A stretch of 64,000 bases of DNA, taken from positions 30,013-94,012 of IMG/VR virus record IMGVR_UViG_3300025141_010453. One strand, given 5' to 3'. Both the position numbers and the translations under genes were made by a program. Each line of letters opens with the position of its first letter. The first letter of the stretch is position 1. Under the pieces are notes generated by a model. The model did no database searches and had not been told where the DNA came from. It saw nothing but the letters and a program-made list of their open reading frames with translations. Source of the DNA: a virus. Shown here one piece after another: positions 39,910 to 50,275 of the stretch.

Positions 39910-40921
39910 GTTGGGTTAGAGCTTTACCCAAATTTGTAGAAGTTAACCAATCTGGTAATGTACTTTTATTTTTTGCTTTAGGTTTTGGTGTGGTTTTTGG
40001 TCTTTCGAATGGCCCTCTTCTTTTTTTCTCCCCTGGTCTACTTGGTGCTATGGTTGGGGTTTTTAATGGTGGTGGGGCAGTAGTTGCTTCTGGTGCTCCA
40101 ATATATTCTCCTTCATCGTCTCTGTCCGTTTCACTTAACTCCATACTCCCCAGTGGGTTTCCATCTAATTTTATATTACCAGCAGGGCAAATATTTAACT
40201 CAATCACTTGTTCACTTTCTGGGGCTTGTAAATAACCATTTAAATGGCCATCATCATCAAACCCATCAACCTCTACATTCATTGGTGGTACCATTTCTCT
40301 AGCTATTTCTACAACATTGGCAAATGAATCTTTTTGGTCTTCAGTACCTATTGTATACGGGTCATCTGAATCTGAAACATCACCACATCCTGTATGTTCT
40401 TGTATTGTTTTTATGAAATTTGCTTTAGTGATTTCTGGTTTTTGTTTAGACTCAACTAAATCTAATATCCAATCTTCTAATGCTTTTTGTTCGTTAACAT
40501 ACTCTGGTAAGTTTTTGTAATCTTGTGGGGTCATTTTGGATGCTAATTTTTCAGCTGCTGCCGGATTAACAGCATAAAGGTATTTTTGTTGAGCTTTAGA
40601 AGCAAAGTCTTCTTCTACTTCTTTGGGTAATTCTACTAATAATGGTACCCCGTCTATCTCAGCATCAGGATTTCCCGTATCGTCGGTTTCTATATTTTTT
40701 ATTTCTTCACTAACTTCCTCATCCACCTCTGTTTCATCTGCTTGGGCTCGCAAATTGGCAGCCAACTGTTGGTTTAATAACTTTTCATCGTCTTTTAAAG
40801 TTTCTGTGAATAATTTTTTTCCTAATGTTGTTAATTGTTGGTCTGAAAATAAAGATAGGGTCCTATGTGTGAACCCTTCATTTATAAATTTTTTAATTAG
40901 TTGTTTTCTGTTGTCTGACAT
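39902..40921 (-). CDS. Putative head-internal protein
   Basis: Acidic, with FASKAQQKYLYA motif and Pro/Lys-rich tail; ATG 40921 preferred. Confidence 0.55.
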   Translation of the reverse strand: MSDNRKQLIKKFINEGFTHRTLSLFSDQQLTTLGKKLFTETLKDDEKLLNQQLAANLRAQADETEVDEEVSEEIKNIETDDTGNPDAEIDGVPLLVELPKEVEEDFASKAQQKYLYAVNPAAAEKLASKMTPQDYKNLPEYVNEQKALEDWILDLVESKQKPEITKANFIKTIQEHTGCGDVSDSDDPYTIGTEDQKDSFANVVEIAREMVPPMNVEVDGFDDDGHLNGYLQAPESEQVIELNICPAGNIKLDGNPLGSMELSETDRDDEGEYIGAPEATTAPPPLKTPTIAPSRPGEKKRRGPFERPKTTPKPKAKNKSTLPDWLTSTNLGKALTQHG

Positions 40922-41318
40922 GCTCGAATTTTTTATCAAATTTTAATATTATATCTCTGGAATATAATTTATCTTTAACTTTTTCTAATTCATCCCCAAA
41001 ATGAAAAACTAATCTTTCCTCTTCGTCATTCTCATATTCATCTTCATAAGTTTCCCACCCTAAAGCTATTACATTATCTAGAGCGTGTTCCATACTAAAA
41101 TAATCGGAGTTTTGGACTAGGTCCAATTTAATACTGGTGTTGTTCAGTACTCCTACCATTTTAATATATTTTAATTCTGGAGGTCCGGGTTTTCCATGTG
41201 CTGGTATTGTATCCCAATCTTCTCCCCATAATTCTTCTGTCTCACTACCAAATATAAATTCATAAATGTTCTCATTCTTGTAGTTTGGGCCGAGCTCATT
41301 TATAAATAAAAGTTTCAT
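40893..41318 (-). CDS. Hypothetical protein
   Basis: ORF in the late operon. Confidence 0.6.
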   Translation of the reverse strand: MKLLFINELGPNYKNENIYEFIFGSETEELWGEDWDTIPAHGKPGPPELKYIKMVGVLNNTSIKLDLVQNSDYFSMEHALDNVIALGWETYEDEYENDEEERLVFHFGDELEKVKDKLYSRDIILKFDKKFEHVRQQKTTN

Positions 41319-41319
41319 A

Positions 41320-42477
41320 TTATTTTATATTCCCGTCTTTTTTTACTATTACTTTTTTTTCTGGTGATGATAATATTACCTCACCTTTTTTTGTTTTACC
41401 TTCTACTTTAAATTCTTTATTTTCTTTAATAATTTTTTTAGCCCCTAATTCTTGTTCTATAGTATTTGTATTTTCAACTATTTGTTTTTCTTTTACTACT
41501 TTACTAAGTCGTGACTCTAAATACTCTTTAGGTGATTTTTTAGGCGTTTCTACTGTATTTTTTTTTTCGATATAAGCTTCCAAAAGATTACCTATTCTAT
41601 TTTTTAATGATTCCATTGCTAATTCCTCTTCGTCTTCAACATCAACATCCATTTCTTCATCTCCCATCTCCATATCTTCACCACCCATCTCATCTTCAAT
41701 ATCTACATCTACATCCATTTCTTCTTCATCACCATAAGCAGCTTCCTCATCTTCTTCAAATCTATCTAAAACATCCTCTCTATCCTCATCATCTAAATTT
41801 TCTAATTCCACAGCAGAAATAATAGAATTTAATACATATTTAATATCTGCACTTCCCATTTCTTCTTCTACATCACGAAGTTTTTGGCCTAATTTACCGG
41901 TTAGTTTTTGAATGGATTTCATAAATCCTTCCATGTCTTCTTCTCCTCCCATTTCGTCTTCAACATCAACATCAACATCTATTTCTTCATCTCCCATATC
42001 GTCTTCCATATCCATATCTATTTCTTCATCTCCCATATCGTCTCCCATATCCATATCTATTTCTTCATCACCACCTTCATCTGGAACATTTAAAACAAAT
42101 TTTTCTTGTTCGTCCATTTCTTCATCATACATACCATCTCCCATTCCCTCGTTATATTCTTCATTAAGAGGTTTAAAGATTAGATTCATTCTTTTAAGAG
42201 CTGACGAATAACTTTTAAAACGGTCTTTTTTCTTATTCATAAAACCACTAACGTAATCTAGTTCTGACTCAGTAATTCCGCATTTTAAATAATATCCATC
42301 TTTTTCGTAAATTATAGCGTAAGTATTTCCATCAGCAGCTTTCTTACTAAAGGAATTAGTTTCTACATGATACTCATCATTTTTAGTTACTTCTCCGTAA
42401 CGAGCGATTTCCATGATTCTTTTAATCTTATCGTCTCCTTTTAATTTTTCACTTCCTATAGGTTTTAGTCTTCCCAT
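41320..42477 (-). CDS. Highly acidic putative prohead core protein
   Basis: MGDEEIDMD-type low-complexity repeats; x-x-E sites. Confidence 0.6.
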   Translation of the reverse strand: MGRLKPIGSEKLKGDDKIKRIMEIARYGEVTKNDEYHVETNSFSKKAADGNTYAIIYEKDGYYLKCGITESELDYVSGFMNKKKDRFKSYSSALKRMNLIFKPLNEEYNEGMGDGMYDEEMDEQEKFVLNVPDEGGDEEIDMDMGDDMGDEEIDMDMEDDMGDEEIDVDVDVEDEMGGEEDMEGFMKSIQKLTGKLGQKLRDVEEEMGSADIKYVLNSIISAVELENLDDEDREDVLDRFEEDEEAAYGDEEEMDVDVDIEDEMGGEDMEMGDEEMDVDVEDEEELAMESLKNRIGNLLEAYIEKKNTVETPKKSPKEYLESRLSKVVKEKQIVENTNTIEQELGAKKIIKENKEFKVEGKTKKGEVILSSPEKKVIVKKDGNIK

Positions 42478-42504
42478 TTTATTTTGTTTTAATTTTATTT
42501 TATT

Positions 42505-42870
42505 TTAATTATTTAAATTTCCTCCACCAATAAATGTTGGTGCAAAAGATGCTGTTCCACCTGAATAATACACACTTACTGAAGCATCAGTTATACCAGT
42601 CATTGGTGAGTTACATGAACAATCATAACATAAAAAATATACCCCAACAGGAGCTGCTGTTAACTGACCTGGTTTCACCAATAAATCAATACTTGCACCT
42701 TCTTGGTCTAAACTATAACTTACTCCACCTATAGTGAATGTCGCTGTGCCTGCACTAGCTACTATAGTAGTACACGCCCAATTTTTATAAGCGGTGGCTC
42801 TACTATCATAAAGCGTAGTGCCTCCAATAGGTGTGGTTGGGATGGAACTTCCTCCGTAATTGCCTGACAT
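42505..42870 (-). CDS. Small G/T/S-rich putative structural (decoration-like) protein
   Basis: Composition; late motif at 42890-42897. Confidence 0.5.
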   Translation of the reverse strand: MSGNYGGSSIPTTPIGGTTLYDSRATAYKNWACTTIVASAGTATFTIGGVSYSLDQEGASIDLLVKPGQLTAAPVGVYFLCYDCSCNSPMTGITDASVSVYYSGGTASFAPTFIGGGNLNN

Positions 42871-42899
42871 AATTAATTATTATTTATTAATAAATATAC

Positions 42900-43646
42900 T
42901 TAAATAGTAGAAACATTTTCTTCTAATGTAAGATTTTTATCTATAAGGTAATTTCTAACGTCATTTAATTTTTTTAAGTACTCATTTCGACGTAAAAACT
43001 TAAATGTAAGGTTTTCATAAGAATATTCACCTTTATCTTCTAAACCACTTCCTCTATATTTTTTCATCTTGTTTTTAAACTTTTCAATGTTCTTTAAAAC
43101 AGCGTCAGGGTCTTCTCTTTTTGCGTCTACTTCGAACCGGTCTATTTGGTTCATCCAGTTTTTAGCTTTACTAAGAATTTTTTTAGAATCTATATGTACT
43201 TCTTCTTTATTCGGTTCTACAATCCATTCATTATATAGAACAGAGTATACCCCACTTGCAAAATGCTCTTCACTATTATCTTGCACATAAATTTCTACAT
43301 CAAATCCTTTAACAGTGATAGCCCTCAAAGAATTCCAAATCATTCTTCTACTATCTAAATACTTTTTTAATAAGGGGTCGGATTGGGAGTCAAAATCCAT
43401 TAAGATGTGTAAATCAGCGTCTGAGAATTGAGACCAGTTGAAATTTGATAGTGAACCAGTTAAAGTAACATCATCTATATCAAGTTCTATATCTACAAAC
43501 TCTATATAATTTTCAACAATGCCCAATAAAGAAATCCTGACCTCTGGCTTCATTTTATAGTTTTCACCATCTGAATACCAAATATCAGGATTAAGTTCTT
43601 CTTGCACCTTAAAACTACTAATAATATTTTTGTTAGAACTTTCCAT
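42900..43646 (-). CDS. Pol-beta superfamily nucleotidyltransferase
   Basis: LTGSL.NFNWS..SDADLHI and VEIYVQD; late motif at 43651-43660. Confidence 0.75.
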   Translation of the reverse strand: MESSNKNIISSFKVQEELNPDIWYSDGENYKMKPEVRISLLGIVENYIEFVDIELDIDDVTLTGSLSNFNWSQFSDADLHILMDFDSQSDPLLKKYLDSRRMIWNSLRAITVKGFDVEIYVQDNSEEHFASGVYSVLYNEWIVEPNKEEVHIDSKKILSKAKNWMNQIDRFEVDAKREDPDAVLKNIEKFKNKMKKYRGSGLEDKGEYSYENLTFKFLRRNEYLKKLNDVRNYLIDKNLTLEENVSTI

Positions 43647-43672
43647 ATATTATAAATATAGATAAAAAAAGT

Positions 43673-43918
43673 CTATGACATCTTTTTATATTTATAGTTC
43701 TTGGATATATTTTTAGAAAAGTAGGACCCTTGGCTTTCTGCCATTCTCATTTTAGTAAAAATACTAATCGGTACTTTTTCATAAGAATATTTTCCTCCCT
43801 TTTTAAATTCAACCATTAACTCACTAGTTTGTGTATTATATTCTGAACGCTTTAAATTTGAGGAGTTGTACTCATTTATAATAAGTTTTCCTACAATCTT
43901 TTCTTTCTTAATACCCAT
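43673..43918 (-). CDS. KTSC domain protein
   Basis: SSNL....Y......L.VEF..G..Y.Y..VP......M..AESQGSYF. Confidence 0.9.
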   Translation of the reverse strand: MGIKKEKIVGKLIINEYNSSNLKRSEYNTQTSELMVEFKKGGKYSYEKVPISIFTKMRMAESQGSYFSKNISKNYKYKKMS

Positions 43919-44350
43919 TTATTGTGGCTGTGCTTGTTGTACCTGTGGTTGTGTTGGTCCATTATTTATAGGTGGTACAGCTTCTACTTTTCCGTTAATT
44001 GCTTGAATGGTACCATTCATTTGATTAAGTAATAAAGTTAAATTTTTAACAGTGTTATGTAATTGGTCTAGTCTTTCTTCAAATTTTAAGGCTCTCATTG
44101 GATTGTCCTTGAAGTGGTTAACTTTTCCTATTAATTCTTCTGGTGTTCTAAAATCTCTATTAGGTAACCAAATCTCTTCTTGCATTACTATACAAGGCGT
44201 CATTCCTATTCCAGTAATTCTTACTAATTCATTCCATTCATCTTGATTATCTTGTGCTACTATTTCTTCATATTGTATGTTTGCACTATTTAAAGCTTCT
44301 TTTATTCTATGACAATAGTGACAACTTGGGTTTGTGTATAATTTAAACAT
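43919..44350 (-). CDS. Glutaredoxin-like protein with C-terminal coiled coil
   Basis: LYTNPSCHYC, TG...TP. Confidence 0.8.
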   Translation of the reverse strand: MFKLYTNPSCHYCHRIKEALNSANIQYEEIVAQDNQDEWNELVRITGIGMTPCIVMQEEIWLPNRDFRTPEELIGKVNHFKDNPMRALKFEERLDQLHNTVKNLTLLLNQMNGTIQAINGKVEAVPPINNGPTQPQVQQAQPQ

Positions 44351-44382
44351 AATATTTTTTTTAAATTTATAAATAATAATAC

Positions 44383-44411
44383 TGAAAGGAAACCTTTTTG
44401 ATTTCCTTTCA
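44383..44411 (-). terminator. Hairpin downstream of dnaK
   Basis: TGAAAGGAAA-N9-TTTCCTTTCA inverted repeat. Confidence 0.5.
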
Positions 44412-44421
44412 TTAAATTAAT

Positions 44422-46287
44422 TTACTTTACTTCTTCAAATTCAACATCTGTTGCTTCATTTGAGTTATCCTGAACTGGTTCTTCTGTTTCAGTCTCTTCG
44501 TATAATTTTGTACTGATTTCTTGCCAAGTACTATTAAGTTTCTCGGTTAATTCTTCTACCCCATCCATATCTTCTGACTCACAGACTTCCCTTAACTCTT
44601 TAATATTATTTTCTAATCTAGATTTATCATTATCATCTAGTTTATCACTCATATCCTTAATTTGTTTTTCGGTTTGGAACATTAAAGCGTCTGCTTTATT
44701 TAATTTCTCTACCTTTTCTTTTTTCTTATTGTCTTCTACTGAATTAGCTTCAGCTTCTTTTTTCATTCTATCGATTTCTTCGTCGGATAAACTACTCCCA
44801 GATTCAATTTTAATATTTTGTTGTTTTCCAGTACCCTTATCTAAAGCTTTAACATCAATAATACCATTTGCGTCAATATCAAACGTAACTTCAATCTGTG
44901 GAATTCCTCTTGGTGATGGTGGAATGTCTGTTAACTGAAATCTACCTAATGTTCTATTATCTCCAGCCATTGGTCTTTCTCCTTGTAAAACATGAATATC
45001 TACTGCTGGTTGATTATCTACTGCTGTAGAAAAAACTTGTGATTTAGAAGTAGGTATAGTCGTGTTTGAATCAATTAATTTTGTCATTACTGCTCCCATA
45101 GTTTCAATACCTAAAGAAAGTGGGGTAACGTCTAATAGTAAAACGTCAGTAACGTCTCCTACTAATACACCACCTTGTATTGCTGCTCCCATAGCTACAA
45201 CTTCATCTGGATTTACCCCTTTAGAGGGTTTTTTCTTGAATAGTTTTTCTACTGCTTGTTGTACTATTGGGATTCTCGTTGACCCACCAACTAATAATAT
45301 TTCGTCAATCTCGGTTACTTTTATTCCAGCGTCTTTAATAGCTTTTCTACATGGGGTTAAACTTTTCTTAACTAACTCTTCTACCATTGATTCAAATTTA
45401 GCTCTGGATAGTGTACGTACTAAATGTTTTGGCCCACTTTGGTCTGCTGTAATATAAGGTAAATTTATCTCTGTTGTAGTAGAATTTGAGAGTTCTACTT
45501 TTGCTTTTTCTGCTGATTCTCTTAGTCTTTGTAACGCTGCTGGGTCTTTACTTAAGTCCATACCTTGTTCAGACTTGAATTCTTCAACTAACCAATCAAT
45601 AATTTTCTCATCAAAGTTATCACCACCTAGATGGGTATCACCATTTGTTGATTTAACTTCGAAAACCCCATCACCCAATTCTAATATAGATATATCAAAT
45701 GTACCACCACCTAAGTCATAAACTGCGACAGTCATATCTTTATTTTTCTTATCCATTCCATATGCTAACGCTGCGGCTGTGGGTTCATTAATTATCCTAA
45801 GTACTTTTAGTCCCGCAATTTCTCCAGCTTCTTTTGTAGCCTTTCTTTGTTCGTCATTAAAATATGCTGGAACGGTTATTACAGCTTCCGTTACTTTTGT
45901 TCCTAAATAATCTTCTGCTGTTTTTTTAAGATTTTGTAAAACTACTGCAGAAATTTCTTGTGGAACATATGAGTTATCTCCAACTTTGATTGTGACGATA
46001 TCTTTAGCTCCCTTACTAATACTGTAAGACATTTTTTTAGCTTCCTTACTTATCTCACTAAATTTACTACCTATAAATCTTTTTACAGAATAAATGGTAT
46101 TTTTAGGGTTACTTACCGCTTGTCGTTTTGCTGGGTCACCAACCATTCTATCTCCATTTTTATAGGATACTACAGAAGGGGTGGTTCTTTTACCTTCTGA
46201 ATTAACAATTATTTCGGGAGACCCCGCTTCAACCACCGAAACACACGAATTTGTTGTTCCTAAATCAATTCCAATTACTTTTGTCAT
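44422..46287 (-). CDS. dnaK: Chaperone DnaK (Hsp70)
   Basis: [43 protein letters not shown]-terminal DVEFEEVK. Confidence 0.98.
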   Translation of the reverse strand: MTKVIGIDLGTTNSCVSVVEAGSPEIIVNSEGKRTTPSVVSYKNGDRMVGDPAKRQAVSNPKNTIYSVKRFIGSKFSEISKEAKKMSYSISKGAKDIVTIKVGDNSYVPQEISAVVLQNLKKTAEDYLGTKVTEAVITVPAYFNDEQRKATKEAGEIAGLKVLRIINEPTAAALAYGMDKKNKDMTVAVYDLGGGTFDISILELGDGVFEVKSTNGDTHLGGDNFDEKIIDWLVEEFKSEQGMDLSKDPAALQRLRESAEKAKVELSNSTTTEINLPYITADQSGPKHLVRTLSRAKFESMVEELVKKSLTPCRKAIKDAGIKVTEIDEILLVGGSTRIPIVQQAVEKLFKKKPSKGVNPDEVVAMGAAIQGGVLVGDVTDVLLLDVTPLSLGIETMGAVMTKLIDSNTTIPTSKSQVFSTAVDNQPAVDIHVLQGERPMAGDNRTLGRFQLTDIPPSPRGIPQIEVTFDIDANGIIDVKALDKGTGKQQNIKIESGSSLSDEEIDRMKKEAEANSVEDNKKKEKVEKLNKADALMFQTEKQIKDMSDKLDDNDKSRLENNIKELREVCESEDMDGVEELTEKLNSTWQEISTKLYEETETEEPVQDNSNEATDVEFEEVK

Positions 46288-46349
46288 TTTTTTTTATTTT
46301 ATTTGTTTATTTTATTTGTTTATGAAATTACTTTCACTACTTTTATAGT

Positions 46350-46365
46350 ACAATTACTGTACCAA
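46350..46365 (-). promoter_or_regulatory. sigma54-like -24/-12 promoter of dnaK
   Basis: TTGGTACAGTAATTGT = GG-N10-GT versus consensus TGGCAC-N5-TTGC. Confidence 0.55.
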
Positions 46366-46387
46366 AGGTAATAAATAAGTATTCCGA

Positions 46388-46421
46388 TGTCAACCTGTCA
46401 AAATGTAATGACACTTTGTCA
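46388..46421. promoter_or_regulatory. TGTCA/TGACA operator or enhancer array between dnaK and clpC
   Basis: TGTCA-acc-TGTCA (46388-46400) and palindromic TGACA-ctt-TGTCA (46409-46421). Confidence 0.6.
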
Positions 46422-46467
46422 GGTATTGATTATTTTAAACAAATATATTAAATTTAAATAAAAAAAT

Positions 46468-48507
46468 ATGATAGATTTTAGTGCAGATTCAGAAATGGAT
46501 GAAATAAGTGGTCGTAAAGAACCACAGAAACGCCCACCTAGTGAAAGTGGGACCCCTATATTAGATAATTTCTCAAGAGACCTAACTCATTTAGCGTCCT
46601 TAGGTGAATTGGACCCTGTAGTAGGGCGCGATGATGAAGTTAAAAGAATTGTTCAGATATTGGCGAGACGTAAAAAAAATAACCCTGTTTTAATTGGGGA
46701 AGCTGGAGCAGGAAAAACATCAGTAGTCGAAATGTTGGCTACAATGATACATACAGGTGAATGTCCAAGAAAACTTTTAAATAAAAGAATTGTGTTATTA
46801 GAATTATCATCTCTTGTTGCTGGTACCAAATATAGAGGTCAGTTTGAAGAGAGGATGAAAGCAATTATAGATGAATTAAGAGAAAATAAAGATGTTATTA
46901 TTTTTATTGATGAGATTCATACTGTTGTTGGTACTGGAAATTCATCAGGAAATTTAGATGCTGCAAATATCTTTAAACCGCCTTTATCCAGAGGAGAGCT
47001 TCAATGTATTGGTGCCACGACTTTAGATGAATATAGAGAAAAGATTGAGCGAGATGGTGCTTTAGAAAGGCGTTTTCAAAAAGTTACTATTGATGCTCCT
47101 TCATTAGAGGAGACTATAAAAATTCTTAATAGTATAAAATACGTTTATGAGGACCATCATAATGTAATCTATAGTGAAGAATGTATAGAATTATGTGTTA
47201 AATTAGCAGATAGATATATAAATGATAGAGCGTTTCCAGATAAAGCTATAGATGTTATGGATGAGGTGGGGTCAATGGTACAAATAGATATTAAAACACC
47301 AAAATATATAGAAACTCTCAAAAATGATATAAATTCTTTAAAACAAGAAAAAATTTCAGTGGTTAAAAGTCAAAATTATGAGAAAGCAGCAGATTTAAGA
47401 GATGATGAACGTAAATTAACTAAAAAATTAGAAGATTTAACAAAAAAGTGGGACCGCAAACAATCACTCAATAAAATTGAGGTGACTGTGGATAATGTCA
47501 TGTATGTAGTTTCTAAAATCACTAAAATCCCCTTAAGTAGGATGAATCAAAACCAAAAAAAGAATTTATTAAATTTAGATAAGCATTTAAAGAAATCTGT
47601 AATAGGACAAGACGAAGCAATAAACACTATAGTAAAATCAATTAGAAGAAATTCAGTAGGAATTAAAGAATTAAATAAACCTATCGGGTCATTTATTTGT
47701 TTAGGCCCTACTGGTGTAGGAAAAACCCACCTAGCTAAAAAACTAGCAGAACTTATGTTTGGGTCAGAAGAATCTATGATTAGAGTAGATATGTCGGAAT
47801 ATCAAGAAAAACATTCTGTGTCTAGACTAATTGGTTCCCCTCCAGGTTATGTTGGATATAATGAAGGTGGGCAATTTACTGAAAAAGTAAGGCAAAACCC
47901 ATATTCTTTAATTCTTTTTGATGAGATAGAAAAAGGTCATCGTGATATATTTAATATTCTTTTACAAATTCTAGATGATGGTTATGTGACCGATGCATCT
48001 GGAAGAAAAATTAATTTTAAAAATACTTTAATTATGATGACTTCAAATATTGGGGTTAGAAATGCTCAGGATTTTAGTAATGGTTTAGGGTTTACTACTA
48101 AAGCTTCCCAACGAACGGATAAAGAAAGGGTTAGAAGTATAATTTCAAAATCTTTAAAAAACACTTTTAACCCAGAATTTCTAAATAGACTAGATGACAT
48201 CATTATTTTTGAGCCATTAGATAAAGTTGGCATTAAGAAAATCGTAAAAATAGAGTTATCTCACCTAACCGCTAGATTGACGGAAAAAGGTTACACTATT
48301 AAATTTGGTCCCTCTGTTGTAGGCCATATTTGTGTTATTGGTCATGATGATAAGTTTGGTGCTCGTCCACTTAAAAGGGCCATACAATCAGAAGTAGAAG
48401 ATTTTATTGCCGCACAAATACTTAAAAATACAATTAAAGAAAATAACTCTTATACATTGAGTTATAATAAAAATACTGAAAAATTTAAACTAATTGAGAA
48501 ACAATAG
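46468..48507 (+). CDS. clpC: ClpC-type AAA+ unfoldase lacking the Clp N-terminal domain
   Basis: LDPVVGR, RRKKNNP, GEAGAGKT, UVR-like QNYEKAADLRD, GPTGVGKT, GSPPGYVGY, LGF loop, GARPL. Confidence 0.92.
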   Translation: MIDFSADSEMDEISGRKEPQKRPPSESGTPILDNFSRDLTHLASLGELDPVVGRDDEVKRIVQILARRKKNNPVLIGEAGAGKTSVVEMLATMIHTGECPRKLLNKRIVLLELSSLVAGTKYRGQFEERMKAIIDELRENKDVIIFIDEIHTVVGTGNSSGNLDAANIFKPPLSRGELQCIGATTLDEYREKIERDGALERRFQKVTIDAPSLEETIKILNSIKYVYEDHHNVIYSEECIELCVKLADRYINDRAFPDKAIDVMDEVGSMVQIDIKTPKYIETLKNDINSLKQEKISVVKSQNYEKAADLRDDERKLTKKLEDLTKKWDRKQSLNKIEVTVDNVMYVVSKITKIPLSRMNQNQKKNLLNLDKHLKKSVIGQDEAINTIVKSIRRNSVGIKELNKPIGSFICLGPTGVGKTHLAKKLAELMFGSEESMIRVDMSEYQEKHSVSRLIGSPPGYVGYNEGGQFTEKVRQNPYSLILFDEIEKGHRDIFNILLQILDDGYVTDASGRKINFKNTLIMMTSNIGVRNAQDFSNGLGFTTKASQRTDKERVRSIISKSLKNTFNPEFLNRLDDIIIFEPLDKVGIKKIVKIELSHLTARLTEKGYTIKFGPSVVGHICVIGHDDKFGARPLKRAIQSEVEDFIAAQILKNTIKENNSYTLSYNKNTEKFKLIEKQ

Positions 48508-48513
48508 TCGATG

Positions 48514-48523
48514 GATATTTATA
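48514..48523 (+). promoter_or_regulatory. Putative late promoter GATATTTATA
   Basis: 4 nt upstream of GTG 48528. Confidence 0.65.
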
Positions 48524-48527
48524 AGCC

Positions 48528-49628
48528 GTGAAGCTAATAATAACAAAAAAACAATCTAAGAGATTAATTAAAGAAGCATTAGGTGTGCCTAAATCCGTTG
48601 AGTTTTGGGTTGATACTTTTTCTTCTATAGTTAATGATGGTTTATTAATGTTATTATCTTCTGATGATAAAGAAGTATTTTTTAATGGTGATGATATCCA
48701 AGAAAAAGCAGTTTCTTTAGGGTGGAATAGTATGAATGATAAATTTTTAGATTTTCCACTAGCTGAACCACAATTAAACCTAAAATTAGTAGTAGTCCCT
48801 GATGAAAATATAGAAACAGGAGATGATTATATTGACGCGGCTTCTTTTGATACTAGTGAAACTGATATGGTGGACGCAACCTTTGATGATGGTAGAACCT
48901 TACCTTTGTTAGTAGGTGGCACAATTAATATCCAAATAAATATTCCTGAGTCTTCCTATGAAAATGGTAGTTTTATAGAGCTTTACAGTTCTGAAATAAA
49001 ACCATATGCAGAATCTATTTTCTTTCATGAATTAACACATGTTTACGAATTTTATAAAAGAATATTAAGTAATACCTCTAAACCTAATTTCGAACAGATT
49101 ACCAATTTAACTCAAATGTTAAATAAAATGGGTGCTGTAGATGACTGGGATGAATTAATGTTTATGATTTATTTACATTTATCTTTTGAACTTAATGCTA
49201 GAATTTCTGAGGTTTATGGATTACTAAGAAATAAAAGAATCTCTTCTAAGGAAGAGTTCATAGACTTCTTAAAGACTTCTAGAGCTTTTTCTTATGCTAA
49301 AAGACTTAATAATTTTAGTGCTGAAAAATTTATAGAGGAGTTCGATGTTCCACAAGAGACGATAGATAGAATTAGAGAATATGATGGAAAAAAGACCTCA
49401 CTAGATGAAATAAAAAATGTGGTTCTAGAACAACTTATCAAAAATTGGTCGGTAACCTATGAAGGCTTTTTGAAAGATTTTTCTGCGGACGAAACTATCA
49501 AAATACCTAACTTATCTCCTAAAACAATTTCTTCACCCCAAAACTTTCTTAAATTCTGGGAAAAACGTTTTAATAAAGCGGGGCATGATTCTTTAAGAAA
49601 AATCTCAAGATTATATTCGTTACTTTAA
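48528..49628 (+). CDS. Zincin-like (HExxH) protein with head-targeting-type leader
   Basis: MKLIITKKQSKRLIKEA; FFHELTH ... SFELNAR. Confidence 0.6.
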   Translation: MKLIITKKQSKRLIKEALGVPKSVEFWVDTFSSIVNDGLLMLLSSDDKEVFFNGDDIQEKAVSLGWNSMNDKFLDFPLAEPQLNLKLVVVPDENIETGDDYIDAASFDTSETDMVDATFDDGRTLPLLVGGTINIQINIPESSYENGSFIELYSSEIKPYAESIFFHELTHVYEFYKRILSNTSKPNFEQITNLTQMLNKMGAVDDWDELMFMIYLHLSFELNARISEVYGLLRNKRISSKEEFIDFLKTSRAFSYAKRLNNFSAEKFIEEFDVPQETIDRIREYDGKKTSLDEIKNVVLEQLIKNWSVTYEGFLKDFSADETIKIPNLSPKTISSPQNFLKFWEKRFNKAGHDSLRKISRLYSLL

Positions 49629-49672
49629 TATTTTTTTTATATCTTTGTATTGTATAATAAAAAAAATTAATT

Positions 49673-50275
49673 ATGGAAGGATACATTTACTTAGGAGAAC
49701 ATTATGATGTTCTTAATCGAGAAATAGGCATTTCGGATAAAAAAATAGGATTGTCTATAGACCCTATTAATAGAGAAATTTCCTTAACTAAAACTAAATC
49801 CCCTATTAGATATAGAATTGTATCTGCATATAAAGTAGATGACATGCGTCGTGTTGAAAAAATGTTGCACAGTATATTAGATAGTAGACGAGTATTTGGT
49901 GAGTGGTTTAGAGATGATGACGATACTTTAGAAGGGGACTTTATTAATTTTATGAATGCCTATGGTGGAGAAGTTTATAATATACAAGAAGTTAAAGAAG
50001 AAAATGCTTTATTAAAAGAAGATATGAGATTATTAGAAGTTGTTAAAAAACATGGTGCTCCACTTAATCTAGTAAGAAAATATCTGGGTATAGAATATGA
50101 TGTTTTATTGGATAAGAATGGTCTTCTACATTTTAATGGTGATGTTTTTAATACCCCTAATAAACTTTATAACAATGGTATTGTCTTTCATGTTAAAAAG
50201 AAACGAGGTGGAAGTGGCACCAATAACTTATCTCAATTTAAAATCAAAGAAACAGGCGAAAGATTATTTGATTAA
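49673..50275 (+). CDS. T5orf172/GIY-YIG-type nuclease with RAMA-like C-terminal domain
   Basis: GYIY, KIGLS.DP..R, EK.LH..L...R..GEWF; C-terminal Y.G.EY...LD.NG....NG..F.TP. Confidence 0.7.
   Translation: MEGYIYLGEHYDVLNREIGISDKKIGLSIDPINREISLTKTKSPIRYRIVSAYKVDDMRRVEKMLHSILDSRRVFGEWFRDDDDTLEGDFINFMNAYGGEVYNIQEVKEENALLKEDMRLLEVVKKHGAPLNLVRKYLGIEYDVLLDKNGLLHFNGDVFNTPNKLYNNGIVFHVKKKRGGSGTNNLSQFKIKETGERLFD

Noticed and set aside
41590-42130. Asp/Glu/Met-rich nucleotide repeats
   Set aside because: Explained as low-complexity acidic coding sequence of a head-core protein
46297-46323. Short tandem duplication TTTATTTGTTTAT in the dnaK leader
   Set aside because: Low-complexity A-rich leader sequence, probably slippage
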